From an uncultured Gammaproteobacteria bacterium (GTDB lineage: Bacteria; Patescibacteriota; Patescibacteriia; UBA9934; GWF2-40-263): DNA of 64,000 nucleotides. Position numbers and translations under genes: made by a program. The notes below the pieces were generated by a model. That model did not search any database, was not told the origin of the DNA, and saw only the letters and a program-made list of their open reading frames with translations. Of the stretch, positions 8,575-16,462 are shown in pieces. The stretch spans positions 137,221 to 201,220 of the forward strand of contig CAYNRK010000001.1 of the NCBI GenBank assembly GCA_964399675.1, in the 5' to 3' direction. Within the stretch, counting starts at the first letter, position 1. Every line of letters starts with the position of its first letter.

Positions 8575-10140
8575 TTATCTTGCGTATTCAATGACGCGTG
8601 TTTCACGAATGATAGTAACCTTAATCTCACCGGGATAACTAAGTTCTGCCTCGATTTTATTGGCAATATCTTTAGCCAATCTGTAGGCTGTTAGGTCATC
8701 AATTTTTTCAGGTTGAACAAAGATGCGTATTTCACGGCCGGCTTGGATAGCATAAACTTTTTCCACTCCCTCAAAAGCTGAAGCAGTTCGTTCAAGTTCT
8801 TCCATGCGTTGAATGAATTGTTCAAGCGATTGCTTGCGTGCTCCGGGACGAGCTCCACTAATAGCATCCGCAGCTTTGATTATTGCACCTTCAATTGTTC
8901 GCGGCCTGTCTTCATGATGGGCAACGGATTGATAGCAAATCTCTTCTGGGAAACCAAATTTTTTCATGATGTTGTAACCGATCTCCGGATGAGCACCTTG
9001 CATATCATGGTCAACCGCTTTTCCAATGTCATGGAACAGTCCACCTTTTTTACACACAAAAACATCAGCCCCAAGTTCTTCCGCAATCATCCCTGACAGC
9101 ATTCCAACTTCAATCGAGTGCTGAAGCGCATTCTGTCCGTAGCTTGTTCGATATCTCATGCGACCCAAAATAGAAATAAGTTTTGGATCAACGGATGAGA
9201 CTGGAATTCCAAGTTGATACAAAGCGTCTTCTCCAACTTTTCGAAGATCCTTTGCAAGAGATTTCTTTGCTGTTTGAACGGCTTCTTCAATACGTGCCGG
9301 ATGGATTCGTCCATCTTTAATAAGTGCATCAAGAGACCGCTTGGCAACTTGACGTCGGATCGGTGAAAAACCACTTACAGTGATCATCTCCGGAGTGTCG
9401 TCAACTATGATTTCTGTTCCTGTAAGCATTTCAATTGCTTTGATATTTCGACCTTCTTTTCCAATAATGCGTCCTTTCATTTCGTCATTTGGGAGTTGAA
9501 CAGATGTTGTTGTTGTGTCAGTTGAAACAGAAGAAGCAAATCGTGTTAATGCAAGAGAAAGAACTTTGCGAGATTTTTTCTCCAGTTCTTCTTCGTTCTC
9601 CTGTTCCAATTTTCTTAAGCGGCTCATAAGAGCGACTTGAGATTCCTTTTCAACAGCTTTAAGCAAACGTTCTTCTGCTTGCTCACGACTGAGCCCTGCC
9701 ACCTCTTGGAGTTTTTTAACCTGTTCTTCTTTTATGGAATGAATTTTTTCTTTGACTTCCTCTAACTGTTTGAGCTTTTCATCAAGTTTGTTTTTCTTGT
9801 CCTCAAACTCGTTCAGTTTTTGATCAAACATGTTCTCACGCTTTTCAATGCGTTTTTGTTGATCTTGTATGTCCCTGCGTCGTGTTTGTTCTTCTCGCTT
9901 TGCCTCATCAATAATTTTGATGGTTTTTTCTTTGGCAGCTAACAGAAGTTCTTGCTGCTTGGTTTTTGTTTCTTGCAGCACTTGGTGTTGTTTTGTTTTT
10001 GCTTCGGAGATCAATTTTTCAGCGCGTGCTTCAGAAGCATCAGCCATTTTTTTAGCTTGAGCTTTTCGGAATACATATCCAAGCACACCACCGATCAAAA
10101 GACCAAGAGCAATTGCAACAATAAGGTCAGTTGATAACAT
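8575..10140 (-). CDS. rny: Ribonuclease Y
   Basis: N-terminal TM helix, coiled coil, KH domain (MKGRIIGKEGRNI), HD domain (HDIGK). Confidence 0.95.
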   Translation of the reverse strand: MLSTDLIVAIALGLLIGGVLGYVFRKAQAKKMADASEARAEKLISEAKTKQHQVLQETKTKQQELLLAAKEKTIKIIDEAKREEQTRRRDIQDQQKRIEKRENMFDQKLNEFEDKKNKLDEKLKQLEEVKEKIHSIKEEQVKKLQEVAGLSREQAEERLLKAVEKESQVALMSRLRKLEQENEEELEKKSRKVLSLALTRFASSVSTDTTTTSVQLPNDEMKGRIIGKEGRNIKAIEMLTGTEIIVDDTPEMITVSGFSPIRRQVAKRSLDALIKDGRIHPARIEEAVQTAKKSLAKDLRKVGEDALYQLGIPVSSVDPKLISILGRMRYRTSYGQNALQHSIEVGMLSGMIAEELGADVFVCKKGGLFHDIGKAVDHDMQGAHPEIGYNIMKKFGFPEEICYQSVAHHEDRPRTIEGAIIKAADAISGARPGARKQSLEQFIQRMEELERTASAFEGVEKVYAIQAGREIRIFVQPEKIDDLTAYRLAKDIANKIEAELSYPGEIKVTIIRETRVIEYAR

Positions 10141-10164
10141 AAAACTTCTCAATGGCTTGAGAAG

Positions 10165-10324
10165 TCAACAGCAGGCTCGCGCTTGCGAGCTAAACGAAAT
10201 CAGATTTTAGGCAGCACGCTTTTATAACAAAAAACCTCGCTTGATATACAAGAGAGATGAATTGATTGTAGTTGATAAAGCGTTTATTTGCATAAAATGT
10301 CTGCTTTCGAGCAAGGTCTGTTGA
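10165..10324 (-). ncRNA. Candidate 6S-like RNA (long irregular hairpin) upstream of rny
   Basis: Nested complementary blocks tcaacag/ctgttga, gctcg/cgagc, aggcag/ctgctt, acgcttt/aaagcgt, cttg/caag; promoter TTGACA-17-TAAGCT at 10363-10391; no ORF. Confidence 0.45.
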
Positions 10325-10445
10325 TGCCTCCCAAGTCAGATAATCAATAATTACGTGCGCTTAGCTTAGCAAAAAGTCGGATATATGTCAAAGGCTTTAA
10401 TTTATCTTAAATTCGTCCAATTATTGATTGAAATGAAAAAGGGTG

Positions 10446-11849
10446 TCACCGTTTGGCAGCACCCGAGCAAAGACGCAGTGTTTCAAGATGCGATGGATCA
10501 TCGTTGATTCCCGCGCAGAGAGGTTCTTCGTATTCGATCCATGTTCCGGCTGGATGTGGGATTTTGTAACGCACAATCCCTTCTTCGGGAATGACATCCA
10601 TTTCGATCGCCCACAGCGAGTGGAAGGACAGGTTGAGGTTTCCTTCGGCTCTTGGAAGGAGCAAGGCAAAGGACGTTGGACGGGCGATATCTGAATCCGT
10701 CTGGTGTCGATCGTGAACACGGCGCCATAGTTCTATTGCTGAGATCAGCGGAACGCCGCCCTGCATATCCAAGATCCATTTGTAACTCCTCGTACCTATG
10801 ACTAACGCGAGGAGACGATCGAGTTGACGAAGTGTTTTCTCCGTCCTGTCCAGATCATCAATCCAGAAGTTCACTCCTGGCTCAAGTGGACACTGTGGAA
10901 GGAGTTCGATTCCGGCATTGATCAGCTGTCGTGCAAAGTGTGCAGACTCAGGTGTCACGTGCTCTGGATGAGAGACATGGGCTGAGAGCTTGATCTGGAC
11001 ACCGGTCTCATCACGAAACCCGGTAAGCAAGCGAACGAACTCTTCGTCAAACCGGAATGGAAGCCCAAGAAAGAGTGCTCCTGTGCAGATTCTGAAGCTC
11101 CGCAGGTACTTGGCTGTCTTGAGTTCATTGAGGATGCTTCTCCAGACGTTGTTCGACAGAAGCATTGGTTCGCCGCCAGAGAAGAGAATGTCATACACTC
11201 CGGAGAACTCCGGCCTTGTATTCCATTCTTGCACCAGCCATGCTGTCTGTTGAACCGGCTGTGGGATCCAAACAGTCTCTGACCTCCCATCCTTATGGAT
11301 TACTCGAAGCGGCTCTTGGAAACGCGTTTGCGGACCACGATAGCAACCTGCGCAGCCGATAGGACAGGATACGCGTCCTGCACCTCTACCAAGAATCGGG
11401 AGGAATGAGGCATATCCCGGTTTGTGCGTTGCTAGGTAAAACTTCCTGTGTCCTCCGTCGCGCAAAACGACTGAATTCGCCCTTTGGACACCGTAGGGAT
11501 CTGGAGCGGGTTTTAGTCCGAGTCGAGGAAGAAACTTCCTCACCCCTTCGTGTTGAAGGAGATTGAGCGGGAGAAGACTGAGGTCGAATGAACTCAGATA
11601 TTCTCTTAGCAGATCCTCTTTGCCTCGGAATTCCGGAAAGAGGTTAAGAAAGGAATCAAGGTCGCTGGACGTCAAGCGATTCTTGACATGCCATTTCCAA
11701 TCGCCCCAAGAAGATTCCTTGTCTCCAGTGTGCGAGGATTCGATTCCGATTCCGTTCCGGCCACAGAGTATTGCAGCCTCGGAATCGAGATGACGCGCCA
11801 TCCAGGCGTTGCGAGCTTGTCGCAAAGTCTCGGTTAAGAAGGTGCACAT
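10446..11849 (-). CDS. KamA (lysine 2,3-aminomutase)-like radical SAM protein
   Basis: CxxxCxxC (CPIGCAGCYR), WGDWKWHVKNR, SGGEPM, HVSHPEH; SD AGGAG before ATG 11849. Confidence 0.75.
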   Translation of the reverse strand: MCTFLTETLRQARNAWMARHLDSEAAILCGRNGIGIESSHTGDKESSWGDWKWHVKNRLTSSDLDSFLNLFPEFRGKEDLLREYLSSFDLSLLPLNLLQHEGVRKFLPRLGLKPAPDPYGVQRANSVVLRDGGHRKFYLATHKPGYASFLPILGRGAGRVSCPIGCAGCYRGPQTRFQEPLRVIHKDGRSETVWIPQPVQQTAWLVQEWNTRPEFSGVYDILFSGGEPMLLSNNVWRSILNELKTAKYLRSFRICTGALFLGLPFRFDEEFVRLLTGFRDETGVQIKLSAHVSHPEHVTPESAHFARQLINAGIELLPQCPLEPGVNFWIDDLDRTEKTLRQLDRLLALVIGTRSYKWILDMQGGVPLISAIELWRRVHDRHQTDSDIARPTSFALLLPRAEGNLNLSFHSLWAIEMDVIPEEGIVRYKIPHPAGTWIEYEEPLCAGINDDPSHLETLRLCSGAAKR

Positions 11850-11912
11850 GTGTACTCCTAAGCCAAGTGGCACGTTCTTCTTATCAGAGATTGTTTTTGA
11901 AATCAATTTTTC

Positions 11913-11945
11913 AAACCAAACCAGCCGCTTTTACACGGCTGGTTT
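11913..11945 (-). terminator. Terminator between tRNA-like gene and radical SAM gene
   Basis: aaaccagccg-loop-cggctggtttggtttg on the minus strand. Confidence 0.65.
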
Positions 11946-11977
11946 GTTGGTCCCAGATGGCCTGCCTGTCGGCAGGT

Positions 11978-12054
11978 TGGTGGACCCGACCGGATTCGAA
12001 CCGGTAATTCTCGGTGCTAACGCGAACGGGGTTACCAATTACCCCCACGGGCCC
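11978..12054 (-). tRNA. Atypical tRNA: Ala acceptor identity, aberrant anticodon arm (UAG in canonical register, AGC in shifted register)
   Basis: GGGCCCG UG GGGG UAAUUGGUAA CCCC G UUCGC GUUAGCA CCGAG AAUU ACCGG UUCGAAU CCGGU CGGGUCC A CCA; 77 nt with encoded CCA, G3:U70 and A73. Confidence 0.8.
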
Positions 12055-12071
12055 AGATCCAATCTGGGTTA

Positions 12072-12147
12072 TGAAACAAAAAACAACCTCGTTCGAGGCG
12101 TCTTTTGTTAGCACCGAGATAGACCCGTGTGGATCCCCACTCGCTTA
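12072..12147 (-). ncRNA. Short RNA/leader copy 1: ACAC-loop hairpin, anti-anticodon segment, terminator
   Basis: GAUCC-ACAC-GGGUC hairpin; UCUCGGUGCUAAC complementary to the adjacent tRNA; terminator AACAAAAGACGCCUC-GAAC-GAGGUUGUUUUUUGUUU. Confidence 0.6.
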
Positions 12148-12153
12148 TAGAAG

Positions 12154-12182
12154 ATTGTAGCAACAAAATCGTGTTTTGTCAA
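12154..12182 (-). promoter_or_regulatory. Near-consensus sigma70 promoter, copy 1
   Basis: TTGACA-17-TACAAT; part of a 42-bp exact repeat (12143-12184 = 13161-13202). Confidence 0.8.
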
Positions 12183-12250
12183 ACTGATTCAAGAGAATTG
12201 ATTTAGCGAGAAAAATTGAAAAACAAATTTGAGAACGATACAATAGGTTT

Positions 12251-13000
12251 ATGAAAAACTACAGATATACTGCCCTGCAAAGGGTTGGCAAAAATATTTA
12301 CCGCAAGTTTTTTCCAGTTCCAAAGTCTCCGTGGACTGCTGGACATGTAGAAGATATTTGCAAAGTTAATCTCGTGCCTCCTGAAAAGCTCGTGGAGTTT
12401 TTTAAGGGAGCCATCAAAAAACTTCGTCATTTAAAAGAAGATGACATTGGTGATTATCTTGAGTTTGGGGTATTCAATGGAAATTCTATTGGGAGCATGC
12501 ATATAGCGAAAAAAAGTATGGGTGAAACATCAATGCGCCTCTTTGGGTTTGATGCCTTTGAAGGATTGCCTGCTGGTGCAGAGAATGAAGATGATGGTGT
12601 GTGGAAGAAAGGATTTTATTCATGTTCATTTGAAGAAATGAAAGAATGTCTTCGACGAAGAGGGGTTGATCCAGAAGATATTACTTGGGTATGTGGTTGG
12701 TATGATTCAATGCTTACAAAAGAGACTGCCAAAAAGTATAAGTTGGATAATCTCGGGATTGTTTTTGTTGATTGCGACACCTACAGTTCATCAAAGTCAG
12801 CTCTTGATTTTATTGGTCCGCTCATTACCAAACCTGTGATTATTTGTTTTGATGATTGGAAGCTCAATAATCTTGATCTAAAAGGAATGGGTGAATACAA
12901 ATCTTTTAATGAATTCTTAGATTTAAATTCTCACCTAAAGGCCGAGGAGATAAAATCCTGCAATCGAAAATCAAAATCGTTTCTTGTAACTCTGAAGTGA
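12251..13000 (+). CDS. TylF/MycF/NovP-family O-methyltransferase
   Basis: GDYLEFGVFNG, FGFDAFEGLP, FVDCDTY and FDDW motifs. Confidence 0.85.
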   Translation: MKNYRYTALQRVGKNIYRKFFPVPKSPWTAGHVEDICKVNLVPPEKLVEFFKGAIKKLRHLKEDDIGDYLEFGVFNGNSIGSMHIAKKSMGETSMRLFGFDAFEGLPAGAENEDDGVWKKGFYSCSFEEMKECLRRRGVDPEDITWVCGWYDSMLTKETAKKYKLDNLGIVFVDCDTYSSSKSALDFIGPLITKPVIICFDDWKLNNLDLKGMGEYKSFNEFLDLNSHLKAEEIKSCNRKSKSFLVTLK

Positions 13001-13023
13001 GATTAGTCAAACCAAACTAACCC

Positions 13024-13063
13024 CTCCGGAACAATCCTAACGATCGTTAGGATTGTTCCGGAG
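13024..13063. repeat. Perfect 40-bp palindrome
   Basis: ctccggaacaatcctaacga|tcgttaggattgttccggag. Confidence 0.9.
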
Positions 13064-13083
13064 AGTATTGAAGCAGTTCTTAA

Positions 13084-13165
13084 TCAAAAACTCCCCACCG
13101 CAATAAACGAAAGGGAGCTTTTTGTTGGCACCAAGATTTCGATCCGTGTGGACCCAACTTGCTTA
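13084..13165 (-). ncRNA. Short RNA copy 2 (paralog of 12072-12147)
   Basis: GGUCC-ACAC-GGAUC hairpin, UCUUGGUGCCAAC, then AAAAAGCUCCC..GGGGAGUUUUU terminator. Confidence 0.6.
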
Positions 13166-13171
13166 TAGAAG

Positions 13172-13200
13172 ATTGTAGCAACAAAATCGTGTTTTGTCAA
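13172..13200 (-). promoter_or_regulatory. Near-consensus sigma70 promoter, copy 2
   Basis: TTGACA-17-TACAAT, identical to copy 1. Confidence 0.8.
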
Positions 13201-13206
13201 ACAGTT

Positions 13207-13893
13207 TTAGAGCTGCGAAAGGAAGTCTTTGACTGGCAAAATTTTTAATTCAATATTTTCTTTTGTAAGTTTCTCAAGAGAGTAAGCGTTCTTTAAAAAG
13301 TAAGGGCCAATGCTGGTGCGTTTAAGTTCCTGGACATAACCACCAGTGCCAAGTTCTTTTCCAAGGTCGCGTGCAATCGCTCGGATGTAAGTTCCAGAAG
13401 AGCAATGGATTCTAACTCGCAACGGTGTTTCTGAAACCAGTTCTAAATTAAATATCGTTACCAAACGCGACTTGGCTTTAATAGGCTTTCCTTTGCGAGC
13501 AGCTTCATACATTTTTTGGCCTTTGATTTTTATGGCTGAGTAAGCCGGTGGAATTTGTTCAATCTTTCCCACAAATTGTTGTAATGCTTTTTTGATTTCT
13601 TTTTCGCCCAGGCTAAAGCCTGGGGCTACCTTTTCGAGTGTTCCGGTTCGATCGTCAGTATCAGAACTTGCACCCAACACAAACTCTGCTTCATATTTTT
13701 TATCAAGCCCAACAAGTTTTGACATCTCACGTGTTGCAGCACGTCCAATGCCAACAATAAGCAACCCTGTTGCAAACGGATCTAAAGTTCCGGCGTGCCC
13801 AACACGTTTCTCATTGGTTAAACGCCTTATGCGTGCGACCACATCATGTGAAGTCATACCATCCGGTTTGTCTGTAAGAAGAAACCCTTCCAT
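13207..13893 (-). CDS. truB: tRNA pseudouridine(55) synthase
   Basis: DKP.GMTSHDVV, VGHAGTLDPFATG, CSSGTYIRAIARD. Confidence 0.95.
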   Translation of the reverse strand: MEGFLLTDKPDGMTSHDVVARIRRLTNEKRVGHAGTLDPFATGLLIVGIGRAATREMSKLVGLDKKYEAEFVLGASSDTDDRTGTLEKVAPGFSLGEKEIKKALQQFVGKIEQIPPAYSAIKIKGQKMYEAARKGKPIKAKSRLVTIFNLELVSETPLRVRIHCSSGTYIRAIARDLGKELGTGGYVQELKRTSIGPYFLKNAYSLEKLTKENIELKILPVKDFLSQL

Positions 13894-13943
13894 ATATTGA
13901 CCAGTTTATGAATTTAAGCTAAACTTTGACCAGTTTTTCTTCT

Positions 13944-15977
13944 ATGAATATAACCGAACTTGCAAGAAGACTCAAAGTCAGACCAGAAGAACTTAGGCAA
14001 AAACTTCCTGAGCTTGGATTTAGTGTTGGGAAAAAGGCAATCAAAATCGACGGTCGTCAGGCAAATCGTATTATGGTTGCATGGTCAGAAATGAAGCGAA
14101 AAGAACGTCTTGCAGAAAAAGCTGAGCGACAAAAAAACATGGGGCGCCAGGAGAAAGATGAGAACATAGAGCGAAAGCCTATTAATCTTCCATCCATTAT
14201 TACTGTTCGTGATTTTGCTTCCAAGCTTGAGCTCCCTGTTCCGCGCGTTATGCAAGAACTTATGCGAAATGGAATTTTGGCTTCGCTTAATGAACGTATT
14301 GATTTTGACACAGCTTCCATTATTGCAGAAGACCTTGGGTTTAAAGCAACGCTGGAGGGTGAAGAAGTACAAGAGGATGAAGAGGGTCTCGACAAGATTA
14401 GAAAACGTGTTGAAAAAGATGATAAGACAAGCCTAAAGGAACGGCCGCCGGTTGTTGTTGTAATGGGTCATGTTGATCATGGAAAAACACGACTTTTAGA
14501 TGCGGTTAGACGTACAAACGTGATGGACTCAGAGGCTGGGGGAATCACTCAGCACATTGGAGCTTACCAGGTTAAGCGCAAGAACACTGCTCTTACATTT
14601 ATTGATACTCCAGGTCACGAAGCTTTTACTGTTATGCGATCCCGTGGTGCAAAGGTGGCTGACATTGCAATTCTGGTTGTGGCTGCTGATGATGGAGTGC
14701 AACCGCAAACAAAAGAAGCAATCGACATTATCACCTCAGCCAAACTTCCATATTTGGTAGCACTCAACAAGATCGATCGCAAAGAGGCAAACGTTGATCG
14801 TGTAAAAGGTGAGCTTGCCGAATATAAGTTAGTATCAGAAGACTGGGGCGGTAAAACAATAATGGTGCCGATCAGTGCTAAAGAGGGAACGAACATTGAT
14901 GATTTATTGGATCACCTTTTGCTTGTTGCTGATGTGGAAAAGGAACACATTGTTGCCAATCCAGACGATCGAGCTATTGGAACAGTGATTGAATCTAATG
15001 TAAATCCAAACTCTGGTCCTGTGGCAACGGTTTTGGTTCAATCAGGAACACTTCGTATTGGAGACATTCTTGGTGTTCGGGCTTCGCTTTTTGGCCGTGT
15101 GCGCGCAATGCAAAACTGGAAGGGTGATGAAATTAAAGCAGCTCCTCCATCAACCCCTGTTCGTATTATTGGATGGAAGTTGGCTCCAACAGTTGGTGAT
15201 ATAATGGAGGTGCCATTGAATGTAAAGGATCTTAGAAAAATTAAGTCAACAGATATTTCAACAAAAGCAACAGAAGAAGTGGCTGCGATCAAGCAAGTTG
15301 TAAATGTGGAAGAGGGAGAAGAAGGGGAAGAGGTGAAAAAGGAAATGTTGAACTTGGTTATTCGCACAGACGTGCTCGGATCGCTTGAGGCGATTTTGGG
15401 AATGCTTGATAAGATTAAGCATGAAGACATTGGAGTGAAGGTTGTACAAAAAGGATTGGGCAACATTACAGAGACAGATGTGCTCACAGCAGAAGCAACA
15501 AAAGCAATTGTTTTGGGATTTAATGTGCAGAGCATAGGAGCTGCTGAGGAGCTTGCGCGTGACAAGGAGGTTGATGTGCGTCGGTTTAAAGTGATTTATA
15601 AGTTATTTGAGGAAGTGATTGATGAGCTGCAAAAGCGTTTGCCGTCAGAAACCGTGATTACAGAAATGGGTAAGTTTGAAGTAATTAAAAATTTCAAAAA
15701 AGATGATAAAGGTTGGATTGTTGGCGGAAAGGTTAAAGAAGAAAAAATTATTCCAAAGGCAAAAGTGCGACTATTGCGAAATGGGGAGTATGTTGGTGAA
15801 GGGGAAATCCTTACATTACAGCTGGGTAATGCTCAACTTAAGGATGGAAAACCTGGGCAGGAAGTTGGAATGATGTACAAAGGAAAAGTGAAACCAGAGG
15901 AAGGGGATGTGTTTGAGACATATGTTGAACAGAGAAAATCTCGTGAATTAAAATTGGAGGGTATTGACCTTCGCTAA
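13944..15977 (+). CDS. infB: Translation initiation factor IF-2
   Basis: [36 protein letters not shown]. Confidence 0.97.
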   Translation: MNITELARRLKVRPEELRQKLPELGFSVGKKAIKIDGRQANRIMVAWSEMKRKERLAEKAERQKNMGRQEKDENIERKPINLPSIITVRDFASKLELPVPRVMQELMRNGILASLNERIDFDTASIIAEDLGFKATLEGEEVQEDEEGLDKIRKRVEKDDKTSLKERPPVVVVMGHVDHGKTRLLDAVRRTNVMDSEAGGITQHIGAYQVKRKNTALTFIDTPGHEAFTVMRSRGAKVADIAILVVAADDGVQPQTKEAIDIITSAKLPYLVALNKIDRKEANVDRVKGELAEYKLVSEDWGGKTIMVPISAKEGTNIDDLLDHLLLVADVEKEHIVANPDDRAIGTVIESNVNPNSGPVATVLVQSGTLRIGDILGVRASLFGRVRAMQNWKGDEIKAAPPSTPVRIIGWKLAPTVGDIMEVPLNVKDLRKIKSTDISTKATEEVAAIKQVVNVEEGEEGEEVKKEMLNLVIRTDVLGSLEAILGMLDKIKHEDIGVKVVQKGLGNITETDVLTAEATKAIVLGFNVQSIGAAEELARDKEVDVRRFKVIYKLFEEVIDELQKRLPSETVITEMGKFEVIKNFKKDDKGWIVGGKVKEEKIIPKAKVRLLRNGEYVGEGEILTLQLGNAQLKDGKPGQEVGMMYKGKVKPEEGDVFETYVEQRKSRELKLEGIDLR

Positions 15978-15997
15978 TCGTTTTGGAAACCATGCTT

Positions 15998-16315
15998 ATG
16001 CTACACATTGAGTTAACCTCTGAAAATTTTGACGAGTCTGTTCTTCAAGCAGACAAACCTGTTCTTGTAGATTTTTGGGCGCCGTGGTGTGGTCCGTGTA
16101 AAATTGTTGGTCCGATTATTGAGGAGCTTGCCAGTGAAATGGACACAGCAGTTATTGGTAAAGTAAATGTGGACGACCACTCGGCTGTTGCACAGCGATA
16201 TAATATTCTTTCGATCCCAACTTTTATTATTTTTAAAGGCGGGCAAGTGGTTGAACAATTTTCTGGTTCAATGAGCAAGGAGGATTTGAAAGCTAAGATT
16301 GAAAAACATTTATAA
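15998..16315 (+). CDS. trxA: Thioredoxin
   Basis: WAPWCGPCK. Confidence 0.95.
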   Translation: MLHIELTSENFDESVLQADKPVLVDFWAPWCGPCKIVGPIIEELASEMDTAVIGKVNVDDHSAVAQRYNILSIPTFIIFKGGQVVEQFSGSMSKEDLKAKIEKHL

Positions 16316-16324
16316 AATTATTTT

Positions 16325-16456
16325 TGTCATCCCGAGCGAAGGCCCGTCAGACGGGCCGAAGCCGAGGGATCTCGAATTATTTATGCGAGATCTCTCCGCT
16401 CGCGGAGCCTGCCCTGAGCGAACGAAGTGAGTCGAATGGGCTCGGTCGAGATGACA
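16325..16456. repeat. TGTCAT...ATGACA palindromic element (family C)
   Basis: Terminal inverted repeats tgtcatcccgagcg..cggtcgagatgaca with internal hairpins. Confidence 0.85.
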
Positions 16457-16462
16457 GTGTTT

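Noticed and set aside
11771-12114. Small ORFs overlapping the tRNA-like gene
   Set aside because: Typical spurious translations of a tRNA gene and its terminators; no SD or coding signal
11978-12147. tmRNA (standard or two-piece); the GCU-AAC / GCC-AAC triplets resemble a resume codon
   Set aside because: The cloverleaf has a full D stem and a closed anticodon arm. The downstream frames are not conserved between copies and do not end in an Ala-rich tag. Not formally excluded without a covariance search.
12072-12147. T-box riboswitch
   Set aside because: Too short; no stem I motifs or UGGNACC T-box sequence; the complementarity is 13 nt rather than a 3-4 nt specifier
12143-13202. attL/attR of an integrated element at a tRNA
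   Set aside because: The repeat covers the promoter, not the tRNA 3' end, and no integrase is present in the window
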